Assembly (NCBI GenBank): GCA_964658305.1
Contig: OZ210885.1
Span: 5,518,001-5,582,000 of the forward strand
Direction of reading: 5' to 3'
Source of the DNA: Leptogorgia sarmentosa
Lineage: Eukaryota
Length of the DNA stretch: 64,000 nucleotides
Part shown: in pieces, positions 12,001-24,800 of the stretch
Numbering within the stretch: the first letter of the stretch is position 1
Layout of the letters: each line of letters starts with the position of its first letter
Made by a program: the position numbers and the translations under genes
The notes under the pieces: model-generated
What the model was told of the DNA's origin: nothing
What the model saw: the letters and a program-made list of their open reading frames with translations, nothing else
The model's database searches: none

Positions 12001-13011
12001 TATAATTGACCACGGCAAAGTTTACTTTTGGACGTCAATAGGTCCTTTGAATTATAAGTACTCTTGAGCAAAAGTTAGAGCAGATTCGATTGCTTTCTTG
12101 GTGTTTTGGGGGTCTTTTTCGTGTGGACGATCTAATCCAGTAATCGGACGCATGCAAGTAAACTGCGCATGAGCAAAGCATTATTTGAAGCTGAGCGAGT
12201 TTTGAACTAAATGCGCATGCTCAGTAAACTGTTTGCACCAATTATTTGCAGTTGAAGTGACACTTGCAGGCAGTTATTTGCAGGTAAATTAACCAATCAA
12301 AATTGAGTAAATAACAAACTGAATAATAATAAAGGGTTATTGACCGAGCGTGAGGTCTGTACTGTGAAATATGAGACCGAGGTTTTTTAGTATGGACCGA
12401 GCGACGAAGGAGCGAGGTCAATGCAAAAAACTGAGGTCTGATGTTTCACAGTACAGACCGAACAAGCGAGGTCAATAAACTGTTCATTATATGGCTGAAT
12501 TGAGCATATGCTTTTCGCGCGAATTAAATCGGCTATCACCAGTTTCACTGGGTAACAGTGTACGGTAGACATACATACTCAATCTACTACAACAATTTGG
12601 TTGTTTGAAATTCTTATCTTAAATTGGAAAATTAAAAAGCAAAAATCATTTCTGTTTGCGAAGCAAAATTTCCCGCAAGGTAAACGATATCCGGGACATC
12701 GGTCCAGATACGGAAAATACGGACCACGGTCCGGATATGGCTTTTTACGGATCGATCGCTTGTCAACCAATCAGAATAGAGAATTTTGAAAAGCCATATA
12801 ATAATACAGAATAATTTATTTACGATTTTGACTATTTGCTCAGTGGTTTTGTGAATGGTTGTTTCTATAGTGAAAAACGTTCATTAAACTTACAAATATA
12901 ATGATCATCATCAGGAATCTCTTCTTCAGTGTAATTCTGACGTTCAATACGCCTTGTAGATCTTCTCGTAATGTGTGAGGGGTGCGGGTGCGGGTGCGAC
13001 ACATCCCCCAT
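1..13011 (-). CDS. PRDM9: PRDM9-like histone methyltransferase (SSXRD-like motif, zinc knuckle, PR/SET, C2H2 array); 3' end outside window
   Basis: Four GT-AG exons with consistent phases: 12894-13011 ([24 protein letters not shown], like PRDM9 LRERK..Y.E..EPQDDDYLY), 11207-11469 ([15 protein letters not shown] knuckle; [13 protein letters not shown]), 9471-9738 ([40 protein letters not shown]) and 1590-1 (zinc fingers, frame open to base 1). The start codon is uncertain because the frame is open to the acceptor at 13020. Orthology to PRDM9 rather than another PRDM is inferred from motifs. Confidence 0.85.
25..1345 (-). repeat. Minisatellite-like array of 16 tandem 84-bp C2H2 zinc-finger units (coding)
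   Basis: 84-bp periodic [20 protein letters not shown] units, in frame throughout. Two divergent fingers lie upstream (CKHC..HVRRC and CPQC..HISRREH). Confidence 0.95.
1787..1881 (+). repeat. Imperfect palindrome (hairpin element) with GAA loop and CGAG:CGAG mismatches
   Basis: tagacaacgaggtcgagttgtctatgagcgaata..cgaggacGAActccgag..tattcgctcatagacaacgagacagagttgtcta. Confidence 0.75.
2528..2647 (+). repeat. Left TIR of copy 1, with 9 tandem CGCGGG(T/G) units
   Basis: Read directly; inverted relative to 8897-9030. Confidence 0.9.
2901..8492 (+). CDS. Spliced OTU-like protease + GCM-like DBD + MULE DDE transposase + SWIM + C-terminal Zn module (~1181 aa predicted)
   Basis: Exons 2901-3095, 3184-3375, 3672-3773, 4314-4415, 4602-4703, 4913-5065, 5319-5479 and 5954-8492 are all GT-AG and in frame (3546 nt). 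Motifs: FDGK (D at 6837), WITDMAG (D at 7047), CEFH (CxxH), NQAETIH (E at 7392), SWIM CQC..CKH, AATAAA at 8588. The transposase exon is high confidence; the upstream splicing is a manual prediction. Confidence 0.8.
8897..9030 (-). repeat. Right TIR of copy 1 (tandem ACCCGCG units)
   Basis: Reverse complement of the left TIR, with a slightly different repeat number. Confidence 0.9.
9092..9456. mobile_element. MITE-like element with ~85-bp imperfect TIRs in a PRDM9 intron
   Basis: ccgttaaacaaagacctcaacgggtagtaccc.. versus ..gggtactacccgttgaggtctttgttcaacgg; no TSD identified. Confidence 0.7.
10085..10545. mobile_element. hAT-type MITE
   Basis: TIRs CAGCGCCGGATTA / TAATCCGGCACTG; 8-bp TSD cgtatttt / cctatttt (7 of 8 match). 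Confidence 0.7.
12337..12478 (+). repeat. Hairpin element; related copies at 49315-49458, ~62288-62325 (partial) and the window end
   Basis: ttattgaccgag..gtctgtactgtgaaa..cgagcgacGAAggagcgag..tttcacagtacagac..gtcaataa. Confidence 0.75.
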
Positions 13012-16000
13012 TATCACAATCTGAAAAAGGTAGAGTTAAGACTCTGAAATGGCCGTTTCCAGCGATCTGCTCTCTAAATTCAAACGATTGAAAATTCAAT
13101 CTATTTATCCGTAAAAACATTTTCTTTGGGATTGTTTTTACCGACCAAACTTTTTCTATTGAAAATCAATATCCTACGGGAGATTGAAGGATTGGGTAAC
13201 GTTCCTTGTCCGAGTAAACCTACAGTGATAAGAACTTTTAGCTAATTTTGGGACATTTTAAAAATGCAGTTGCAAATTGAAATGCTAATATCTTGAGTAA
13301 TACTTTACGAAAATACATGTATTATACGTCCAAATTTAAGTTGGGCTTTTATGAATTCAGCTACATTTACTTGAACGATGTAGCGCTTATGCTTTTCTCA
13401 CTTTACTAAATCAAACGCGTAAACTTTTTTCTGCGCCACCCGGTATATCAGCGATGAATCTAGACATTTGAATCTATTATCAATATTACTTAGAAAACTT
13501 GTATTTGGCTCGTTATGAACAATTTATTATAATGTAAGTTTAAATAAAACATTAAATTAGCCGACATTGCCATCGCAATTCGTAAATAGTGGGCAAACCA
13601 AGATGTGTAACACAGTAGAACTTGAGTTGTCACAACAAAAGCGATAATTTTAAATCGTATTTAGTTTTAAATATGATTGATATTTGATAATACCAGCATA
13701 TTTGCTAGCTTTCGCATTTATAGTTTGTTTTCGCCGTATTCGACTCTTCCTCGCCTCGCGGTATTGCCATTCATTTACTAATATACTTCCAAGAGAATAA
13801 TTTACTACAATTAAACTCAGCCACTTTCTCCTTGTTGCTTTGTAATGCGACGATATGACTAACCACGGGGGGGGGGGGGGGGGGGGGGGGGGGAGAGTCG
13901 ACGGCTTCACTATAAAGCCTTCACTATAAAGTTTACTTTGCTCGTCTGTACGTCCTATTTTGCCAATTTTTTCTATGACAAGTGCACTTTTTGAAAAGCT
14001 AGCATGCTAGCTTTTGTACGGTCAACATAGAAAACTTGTCAAAGTAAAATTGTCGACTTGTACAGACGCGGGCAAGAAAAACAAGTAAACTTGCCACAAA
14101 TTCACATAAAAACTTGTCATAGAAAACTTGCTCGTCTGTAAGGGGCTTAAAGCTTGGATTGTTTGTTTACACGACGTACCGGCGATTTACGAATGTTTCG
14201 ATATATAAACCATATATAGACATACAAAAGTAAATTTAACGTTGGCGTGATACTGTGAATAAACTGGATATTTTATTACGACGCAGAAGTAGCGTGCAGT
14301 TTATAATTTGAGATCATTTGATTTGTTCAGTACGATATGTATTTAAAAATAACTTAAAGGTCAGAGGTCAGAGATTTATCTGATTTGCTTTTAACGCGGC
14401 TGCTGCCAGTTGCTTTCTGTCAATAAAATAGTGATTATTATCATACACGTCAACAATGATTTTACCTGTATTCCTTCTTAGAAACTTTGCACTATCCTTG
14501 GATCCCTAGTTATGCTACAAACGTGTAATGCGTCTGGACGACTTTGGGCAACGGGCATTTTAAGATTAAAATTGTTTCGTATACAGGCGGGCGGGAGAGA
14601 CATAATTTTAGGCGACCTAAAAATTTAGTGCTTCTTTGGTGCCGCACTAAATGGTTTATATTGTCCCGACGAATATTTCGTCTCCCGCCCGTCTTTATGC
14701 GAAACGATTTCAAGACATCTTAAAATGCCGGTTGGCCAAAGTCGTCCAGACACATTATTCGTCTGTAAAAACGGCCGTTACGTAAATATTCTCACTTCGT
14801 ATCATCGTATCATGATAACAAGTCATAGTTTCAAAAATGGACGGGCATTCTATAATTTGACCTTTGGTTTATTTTGTGAAAAATACGTGCACTTGGACTA
14901 CAGTCACTATACATATAGTCATGTTGCAATTGTTCCTAAATATAAATATACAAATACATCCAGACATCACAAAATGTAAACAATATAAACTGCGATATAA
15001 ACAATGCAGTCCGGAAATCATTTCGTTGATGAATGATAAGGCCTTAAAATATCGGCCAGCAGGCAGTCTGACATTCAGAATGAGTCGGAAATTTTAAAAA
15101 TTATCTCCGATGGCCATGAGGCTAATTTTAAAATCATGTTGACAGTATAGGCTGATTTCCGCTTGCACGTGTTTTTATATTCAGCACGTTCACGCACGTA
15201 TACGTAAAGTATGGAATAACCGAATAACGACTGAAAAGTTACTGTGTAATGAAGCGAAAATAAAGACATATACGAGCCAAAATAATACAGCGAACAAAGG
15301 CGTGGCAGAACGCTCTGCAACCGGACAGTGAGGCGCGTTTTAGACGTCGAATTTCCGTCGCATTGAATGCAATTCAAACAATAGAAAATGAAATAACTTT
15401 GCTCATTAACTATGGTTTGAATTTTATTCCGCGCGACGAAAATTTGACGTCTAAAATGGGCCTAAACAGCATAGAAACATACCTGAAGGATGACGATTTT
15501 TGCTAGGTCTTTGAATATTCGAAAACCATTTAGACATTCACAGATTCACTTCACCTGGCCGAACGAATCGCTGTCGGATAATGTTCGGAATAGCTCGGAA
15601 ATTAATTGGTCCTTCGAACTTCCAAAGGAATTTTAAACAATTAAAAAATTTTCCTCTTTTAGCTGAACATTCGAATTAAGAAAATAAATTAGCACAGCTA
15701 GAAAAGACTAATAAATTTGGTAAAATAAATGCGAATTTGGACAGTTATTGTATACGCGTATTCGCCAATTTCATCTCGAGTGCGCCGTAAAGACGTGATA
15801 ATCCATACAGTTTCATGCCTGCCGCGTACGTATTGCGGACAAGACGGGAATGTAATATTCAAATAATTCAATGCCAAATTTTCAGCGTTGAATCACAGTT
15901 TACAGTAGCTCAAAATTGATGAATTGTCCAATTCAATGGCTTCGAATGCTTCCAACTTTACTGTATTTAAACTTTTCGTCAAGGAGCGATCAGAGGGAGC

Positions 16001-16150
16001 AAGAATATTATTGGACTCTCTCGTGCCCAAGCCCCAGCGCTGTCAAAAGCTTGAAGCTAAAAGCGCGCGAAAAAACAAACAAACAAACAATGGCCTGCAG
16101 CAGATTTGCTTCGCTGAATGAAAGTGAACTCTCTTTTAAATGTATAATAA

Positions 16151-16298
16151 AACAATTATTGGATTCGGCTTTCGCATGATATCAAGAATTATTCAGACCT
16201 CGGTCAATGTTATCCGCCTCAGCTTTGCTTCGGCAGATAACATTGACCTCGGTCTGAATAATTCTTGATATCATGCTCAGCCTCATCCAATAATTGTT
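16151..16298 (-). repeat. Hairpin element
   Basis: aacaattattgga..catgatatcaagaattattcagacctcggtcaatgttatc / gataacattgacctcggtctgaataattcttgatatcatg..ccaataattgtt. Confidence 0.75.
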
Positions 16299-16929
16299 TA
16301 TTATTCAGACCTCAGATAACTTTGACCTCAGTCTGGATAATTCATGATATCATGCTCACCCTTATCCAAAAATTGTCACAAATTCAGTGTAGTAGCAGAT
16401 CTAGAATTTTACGTTTGCTAAAATATTTATTGATATACAACCTTAAAGATATTATATACTTTAACTTGGGAATGGAAGTTCTATGTCTTAAAGACATCCG
16501 GCTGTTAATGTTTGCATAATCATTAGCTAACATTTACGTGCAAACTATCCCAATATACAAGCCATTAATTTTTTTGACAATACACTTAAGGCCATGACAC
16601 ACAATACAGTTTTTCTTACATCTTGCAATGCAATTCTACTTTTGAGAGATATAAACGTGGCTAATACATGTGTTCATTAGATTTGTGTTCATTTGCTAAC
16701 GTGTTCTTTACATTTGAAGCAGTATCGACTGATTAACATACTTTGAGTGTAGAATTGTATTCTATGTTACAAGAACTGCACCCCATAAAAAGTTATAATG
16801 CTGAACCTTTGTTACTCAATTATCTTTCTGAACTACCATCAATCATGACATTGCGCGTGTGAAAATGTATATGGGCTAAAAATCTTTGAATACATAAAAC
16901 TACAACTTGTTGAAGTTATTAATAATGTT

Positions 16930-19420
16930 TTAATTGCGATTGGGCCCCACTTTCATTTCGGCGATTTCATAAGAATAATTCGTTCCTTTATAACCAACCC
17001 AGAAGACACCTTTTCTCAAATGTTCGTGATGACCTCCTAAATATTCACCATTCAAGTGTGAGCGAGCACATCTCCTGAACCACCAGGCACCATTCCTCTC
17101 CACTGCACAGTTTTCGGTTGAGATATCGTTGTCGACGTCTTGAGTGCTGAATTTCATCCCATTGTGACTATCTAGAGAATCACCTGCTGTCCCTGTGAGA
17201 AATAATTCAACATAATTCACAGGCAATTTAAGAAATTTATAGCCAATCAGCTCGCTGAGCATACATCACCTAAGAATAGGTTCCTTACAATTCATGGCCT
17301 AACTTAACAAATTCTGGTCTCCGTGCTTTTAAATTTTTGAATTTACACGTAATTACACTACTGCAAATTTTGCTGATTCACATCAATTATTTAGATTTGT
17401 AATAAAAATGAAAATTCAAATAGATAGTGATGATCGTTTAAAACAGGTTAAGATATGATGCTTTATTCTTGATTCAACATATATTACTTAATTATTCTAA
17501 TAATTAATTATTATATTTCCAATAATTAATACCTGAGTAGTTACCAAATTTCAAAATGTAATCTTCGCTCTCATTTCCCACGGTGAACGATTCATAAACT
17601 GCATAAGCTGTCTCGTTTTCAAACGTTTCAAGATCAACTCTCAGGACATTTTGTCCACCGGCGGACAGACGATGAATCTTATCCAAACCGAGCCAAAATT
17701 CACCAGACAGATTTCCAAATCCATCTTTGTAGTCCGTCCAGTTTCGGTAAAAGACCACAGAACCATCGACGCGTCGCTGAAATACAGCCCAACCTTTTCC
17801 AGGAGTGGTCTCCATATCACATCTCACATCAAAAGCTCCCTGGTCGTCTGGATCGATTGTGTACACCCCTGTGGTTGTCTTGCCTGATTTGTAAAAATCA
17901 TCACACGTTTTTTCTGTATTATCGTGAAGAAAAAAACAAGCAATTCTGTTTTAATATAATATACACTTATCCTCAAGCAATTACTCATAACGTGGGACTG
18001 GGTTCTCCATAAAGGCTATAACCGAGTATAAATAATATACGTATACGTCGGTAGGAATGTTGAATGTTTTGAAAGAAGGCTATATCATTATGTCATCGTA
18101 TCATGATGTCATCAAGTTGTTTTAGTGGTATTGGCGCCTACCGACACTGGCTGTAGATATTAGGGGTTTGGATATCAGGTCATGTTACTATATGAATGGA
18201 CCATAATGGACTCTACGAGTCATATGTCAAACGATGTGAAATATCCCCCACTTTCATGTTATATCGAAATATTTTTACACGAATTTATCTCATCACAAAT
18301 CATCTTACCATAATATTTTTCTTCCTTTCCTGTTTTCTGCAATAGCGAAAAAATGGTTTGAAAAACTTGTCGACTTGGAGTTATTGTGCAAAAAATGCAC
18401 GCAAAATACACTTTAAAGTCATGAATATATATGGCTAATAATTATATCTTAATGTTAGTAGAACTGTAGAAAGTCTGTGGAAATACCGCTGTTATAATGG
18501 GTTCGTAGTTGTCATAGTTCCCATCTGCTATCAAATTATGAGGATGTGTTGTTTTTGTAGCGTTAATGAGTTGACAGTTTATAGAATCTTGACGTTTCGT
18601 ATCTCTGTAGTTGATTGATTTGCATTCAGAAGGTTTCTGGATACAGTATAAAGAACACTCAATTATACTCAATGTATTCAGTTCCCGCATTACATTACCA
18701 GTAAGGCGATGACCTGTGAGAATTGGAAAATATTTATATCAGTGGACGTAGAAAAACCTTTTCCAGCAAACAATTTGGCGAAATATTTAGAGAAAACATA
18801 CTCCGAAAATAAACATCTTGTAAACTCAAGATATTATGAGTTTTTAAAGACACAATATTCTAGGTGATAATAATATTTCGATTCTATTGTGTTTACAAGA
18901 TGTTTATTTTCGGAGTATGTTTTCTCTTATACAGTGGATGTAATTTAACGTCTATTTCTGATGATAGTAATCATGCACTTGTTTGCCTTTTAAATCATAG
19001 ACGACAAGGTTGCTAAACAGTCCCGGCGTTCTTCTAAAAAACTGACGATCCGTAATCCCTAATTTATAAAATAGCATAAAATATTGCCAAACTTCTTGTC
19101 TGGAAACAGAGAGGCATTCCATTTTAAATTACTGTTTTGTTTACAAAAAAGTTAACAAAGACCTTTGAATTTTCAAATACAAAACTTTTCTTCGCTAAGA
19201 TGGATGATAAGCATGATTTGATAGCTGAAAATCTCCTTTTTATTGATATGAAAGAGGAAACCTAAAAAAGTCAAACGCACCTCGTGCGCGTAAAATTATC
19301 TGCAAAAATTGACTGACCTGAGACGACCAACTTGAACATCGCACTTGATTTCAACGAACAACATGTTTGTGAAAACAGCAGAACAGAATAAATGAAGAGA
19401 ATTTGTCGTGAACTTGCCAT
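16930..19420 (-). CDS. Secreted PAN/apple + fibrinogen-related domain protein (FReD-A)
   Basis: Exons 19318-19420 (signal peptide MASSRQILFIYSVLLFSQTCCS), 18487-18713 (PAN: ECSLYCIQKPSECKSINY..NCQL), 18309-18336, 17533-17913 (FQRRVDGS..YKDGFG..EFWLGLDKIH) and 16930-17192 (FSTQDVDND..CA..GAWWF..C..SHLNG); phases consistent. Confidence 0.88.
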
Positions 19421-20713
19421 CTAGCACCCCCGCGTTTGTAATACGTAGCTCTCTGAAAGATATCCCACGTTTTATGCAAAGGTGTAGCAAGTTTTATTAC
19501 AAATTCTGACCTTATATTACCGAAGACAAATTTTTACCTTATCTGAAGTATTTCGATCTTCAGGAGTTTGTTTTCGGTTGCAAACCGTGGACGAGCAAAG
19601 TTGTTTGACAAGTTGGCCAATATTTCCTATCGTTTATTGAAATGTTTGGAGACAAATTTCTCAGATATAGCGTCACACAACTTTTAATTATTTAAATTGC
19701 ACTTTGTCAACTTACAGCTGTTCTGTGCACGCAATTCAAATGCAAAACAGAATGACTGTAAGGACTTTTAACTAATTAAGCCTCAAATAAAACATGGAAG
19801 AAAGAATAGAAAGTTTGTAGAGGAAACCTATTGCTTCTCGAAAAAATTCCTCGTCTTAATTTATAGCAATAGTTCCTACCGGTTATTTATTTTTCACCCG
19901 ATGGCCTCGTTTTCATGCTTGGTACTTAGTCGCATTTCTTGGACAAATGGCCTAAAAATATGAGCTTATCATTTGGTTTAGGCTTAACAACAAACAAATT
20001 CCTGCAGAAAAGTTATAAAACTTTTATGTGTGTTTATCAAAAAGAAGCAAACGTGTGAACGAGGCTAATGGGGAAACGAGGGAGAATGATAATTAAGATG
20101 TATTTGCATAATCCCCAATGAAGAAACAATAGGCAATTTTTAATTCAATATTAGTCGCTGCTATTTTTAGTCGTTCTGTTCAGTTTTACTAAAAATATGT
20201 CCAGGTGATCTCGTGTTCGTGTTTTAGCCAATCAACGCTAATTGAGAAAGGGTTGTCCAAATAGAAATCCATTTTGCTATATTCACTCGATTATATCTTT
20301 CGTTATTCTTTATGAAACTAGTTGAAATTTTGTAATTATGTTTTGTTATGAGAAGTACAGCTCTGACAAAAATATGGAATTGAAATAAAGTACTTTATGG
20401 GAGATATTCAGTTGTTTAAATCGAAAAATGGATTTCTATCCAACAGCTAGTCCCAGTCCCTTTCCGTGTTCTGAGATCACCTGGTTAAGGCAAATAGCGT
20501 CTTTTGCTTTGAATTAAAAATCAACTAATGAAACTAAATATGCGGTGGATAAGATCCTGGAGACACCCACCCTCAAACCAACCGCGTATAATCATACATA
20601 CAAGTATATCTATTTTGCAGATAGTGTCAGACGCGGCACGACTGATTCGAGCATAGTTTTATACGGCTGAACTCGTTTTCGAATTTTGCAATATGGTAAT
20701 TTGCAATGGGCCT

Positions 20714-21115
20714 TTCTCACGCTATGCGACCAGGCCTTAAATCCACCATTTTTGGGTGGCAAAATGGTTGAATTATGTAAATTTTGTTTTATAGAAACAA
20801 CGTTTAAACCAAATTTATCGTATTTTACTAAATACGAGACTGTCGCTAACTATGTGTGAAGTTTCAGCACAAAATTTTGTAACATCGCCAAGAAAACATG
20901 CGATTAAAAAATGCATATTTTCGGCGAGTGTTTACATGGAAAAATTTTGCAATTTAATTCAAATTTTCAACACTTATGAATTTACTAAGTGACAAACAAT
21001 TGTTTACAAGCGAAAAATTTTATCTTTTATGTGTTGATAACAAACAATCGACAGAAACAATGATTTTGCCACCTAAAAATGGCGGATTTTAAGGCCTTGT
21101 CGCATGGCGTGAGAA
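20714..21115. mobile_element. MITE with ~50-bp TIRs
   Basis: ttctcacgctatgcgaccaggccttaaatccaccatttttgggtggcaaaat versus attttgccacctaaaaatggcggattttaaggccttgtcgcatggcgtgagaa. Confidence 0.7.
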
Positions 21116-21451
21116 CTGCTAATATGTTATTTTGCTAGACATCATGTCTACAGCGTCTCATAACATTCAATTATTCCATCAAATATTCAAATTCCATTTT
21201 CCATATGTCACATAAACAACTGGCTTGTGCACGCAAGGAGAGGGACACGGATATATGAATATGCACACACACCCCTCAATGGACCGATTGCCTAATAGAG
21301 AAAATTTTTAAAAATTTCGAAATGGTACAATTCATAGTCCCCGAGCCACGGCGCGAAGCCCCGCCCTCTGGGCGTAAGCCCTGGGCGAGGGTAATAATTC
21401 CGCACGGCTATTTACACCCGGGTGTAGGGTGGTCATCACTGATCTCGAAAA

Positions 21452-21610
21452 TACAGGCGAATATTGGCTTGGTCTTGACAAAATCAACCGAGTAACAATT
21501 GTCAGTAGGAACATTATTCGATTTGACTTGTGGGACACAACAGACGCCACAAAGTACGCTGAATAACAGCTTCATTGCCATCGCTTCAGAAGATGGAAAG
21601 TATAAATTGG
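21452..21610 (+). pseudogene. Frameshifted FReD exon fragment (B/C/D type), inverted relative to the cluster
   Basis: acaggcgaatattggcttggtcttgacaaaatcaaccga..gacttgtgggacacaaca..aagtacgctgaa closely matches the reverse complement of ~45340-45500 (GEYWLGLDKINR..FDLWDTT) and has indels. Confidence 0.8.
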
Positions 21611-21616
21611 CAGACC

Positions 21617-21805
21617 CATACGGAGTCTTGGCATGGGCCCACTACTAGCTCATTAGCATGTACCCGTATACAGTTTAACATATTACACGACTAAAACAAA
21701 ATAAATTGCGCACGAAATGGGACCACAAAAAACAACTTACTTTTGTTGGTCCACAAAAAAATTGCATTGATAGACTGGAGTGAATAGGATAGATCATTTA
21801 GCATT
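21617..21805 (+). repeat. ~190-bp direct repeat; second copy at ~39890-40094
   Basis: Shared catacggagtc..gtatacagtttaacatattacac..aaattgcgcacgaaatg..aacaacttacttttgttggtccacaaaa..ggagtgaataggatagatcatttagcatta. Confidence 0.8.
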
Positions 21806-24800
21806 ACGCTCAGCACGCAGCAGAAGGCACCGAATTTCAAACATTTTCCGCCCGAGCATGCCCCCCGGATTCAGACGCGACAGAAACGTGAATTTCCCAA
21901 TGGAGATGGCAACAAACTACACGATCACAGACGATAGTTTGAAAAATATATTCAACAACAAGAAATATGTAATAAAAAACGTGATGAATCATAAACGTGA
22001 TAGCCCTTAAACACAGCTCGACTAAACAGCATTAATTAGGACAGACAATCATTTTCAAATGCGTTGGGACATATACCCAAATATATATATTAATTCTCTC
22101 AAGCGCCAATTCTCTCGCCCAATATTCAACGTTCAGTTGCAATTAGGATTTAGTTTTCGCGTACAATAGTGTATGGATTTGAAAAACAACATTGAATGTG
22201 TGTGGGAGGGGGAGAAGGGCGGCTATTATCATTTGCAATTATTAACACAATGCCACTGATGTTCAAGACCATTGGTGTCCCAACTATACTGTTGAAAATG
22301 ATTGGAGATACCGATGAACCTAAATTAATATTAACACTGATACGACAATTATATAGGTAGCATAACAAACTTACATGAAGGTAAAAAAAGCGCATTGTCT
22401 CCTACAGATGTCTCTCCAGTTGCTAGTTGTGGCCGATTCTTCATAATAAATATCCTCCATACGTACAAGGCGTCCCCTCTTGCAAAAACTAACTACTGAT
22501 ATACTGATTGGCGTTGCCTCGCGTGCCGTGATAATTGTTCACTTGTCAAACCGCTAGTAAGTGAAATAATCTCGTAAATTAAACTATCATTATAGGCACA
22601 AATCACAGTGTCACTGATTAACAAACAAGATAAACAAAACTATAATATCTAGGCTATGGTTGCAACGAAAATATCAAAATTTCTAGTATTGTAGTGGTGA
22701 ATTCCTCGTTGGACTAATATTCAAATACACCCTAGCTTTCGGGAAACGCTACCTTAGGCCCTTATTATATAGAGGCTGTTCAAGCGAGTTGAAAAGCAGA
22801 TAAGATCAAAGGCTTTCGCTGGTTAGTCTTCATTATAATATACAGTTTCCAACTCGCTTAGCCAGGTGACTCGCTTCCATATAGTCAAGCCCTTGCTAAA
22901 CTCGAAAGCGAGGCTGAATGGGTTGGTATTATTTAACAGTACAATTAAGAATTACTTTATTGCCGCAGTTGACAAATTTCGGGCTCTCTTGCCATCTTTG
23001 TCAACATTTTTGACACAAATGAAAATTGTTAATACGGTTAAGCCATTCAACCTCGCTTTCGAATTTTTCAACGTTTACTTTCCGGAAGGGTGTACTGAAA
23101 TAACATATGCAGTGCATGAGATAATCGTTTCTTTGTCATTCTACCAGAATTTATTCAATACCTCTAGTTTTCTGACGATAGTTCCAGTAGTTGTTTCAAT
23201 AAACTATCGTCATTGTTCAACAGTGCTTGAGGTGTGTCACAGTCAACAATATTTCCTTGATCCAAGATCATTATTCTGTCACTGTCTAAGATTGTACTCA
23301 AACGATGTGCAATTGTGATGACTGTGCAATCTTTGAAAACTTCTCGAACAACATCTTGAATGTCTTCATCTGTCTTCCTATCCACCTTACCCGTTGCTTC
23401 GTCAAAAATTATAATCTTGTTCTTCTTCAGCAGAACTCTTGTTAAGTGTAATAGTTGTCGTTCGCCCAAACTGAAATTTGAATCACTTGAATTAATTTCA
23501 TTGTCCAGTTTTCCAGGCAGATTTGAAATCGCAGATTCCATTTTAGTCTGAGCAAGAGCCTGCCATATGTCGTTGTCGCTGTGTTCTCCCAAGGGATCAA
23601 GATTGATTCTGATTGTACCGTTAATCAAGATCGGAGCCTGGGAAATAACGGAAATTATTTGACGTGAAGATACCACATTGATCTCTCTTATATTCAAACC
23701 ATCTACAAATATATCTCCCTCAGTGAAGGCAAGTCTCATCAACGCCGCTACCAATGATGACTTGCCAGCTCCGGTCCGACCAGCAATTCCAATTTTTTCT
23801 TTTGGTTTCACTTTGAATGAAAGATTTTTCAGGACTTTAGGGCCACCTTGGTAATGCCACAATGAGACATCTCGAAACTCAAGTCCACCAACCTTCGGCC
23901 ATTCGTTAGGGGGAGACTTGGGAAGACTTTGCCCAAGTTCGGGTGGAATTTGGGTGAAGGCTATAGCACGCTCAGCTGACGTCATCTGGGTGTTGATGTC
24001 AGAGGAAAAACGGACCATTAATTTCATGAATGTGTTTGTTTGTAGTGCGTAAAGGATGGTGAATGCACCAAGTGCTATAACAAAACGGTAGTGCAATAAT
24101 TATACTATCATGACGCAGCAAGATTCTACTATCAATGGTAGTATTGACAATCAATATCTAAAAATATTCGAAAAATTCGCACAACAGTAGCAGCGGTTTT
24201 AAATGTGGTGCATGAACATTCTGACGAAGACATTTTCTTTCATAGGTATAGACATTTTCTGTCATGAAATAATTATTTATTTTAAAAATGATATCGAAAT
24301 GTTTGAAAAACAGCAAAAGTTCTACTCAACTATTGCATTGTTTGGCTACTGAATAGAACTTTAAAAAAAACACTCAATGCATACTTGCTCTGTAGGTATC
24401 ATTTATAGAAAAAATGACAACCACTGTGATAATTCCTGCCACTATCGTTGTATAACTGCAGCAGATTATACCAAAGCATCTGGACGAGGTATAATATGAC
24501 AGAACTGCGGCACTGTGCTTGTCAATATGCCTGCAAACAGGTTAAGTCAGTTAAAAGACGATGCCAAAAATAAGTACAATAAAGGTGTTGTTTACAGTAT
24601 ATTCATATATAACTGGCAAAATTACTAATATATGATTGGTTAATGAGGAGGGAAATTTTTCCTAATTAAGGCGGCAAAATTACTCTACCATGATTGGCTA
24701 ATTTTCAGAATGTTTTTTTTTGTTCATTTCACGTCGGACATTTAATGGCTTACTCGTAATATTTGTCATGTGTGAAATTGACAAATTGGATATAATTAGT

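Noticed and set aside
12979..12998. GGGTGCGGGTGCGGGTGCG in the PRDM9 exon resembling the TIR/GCM motif
   Set aside because: Explained as a His-Pro codon repeat; too short to support a link.
13867..13893. Long poly-G run (also 63001-63035) giving poly-Pro ORFs
   Set aside because: Low-complexity tracts of uncertain length, common in MITE-derived sequence; no coding evidence.
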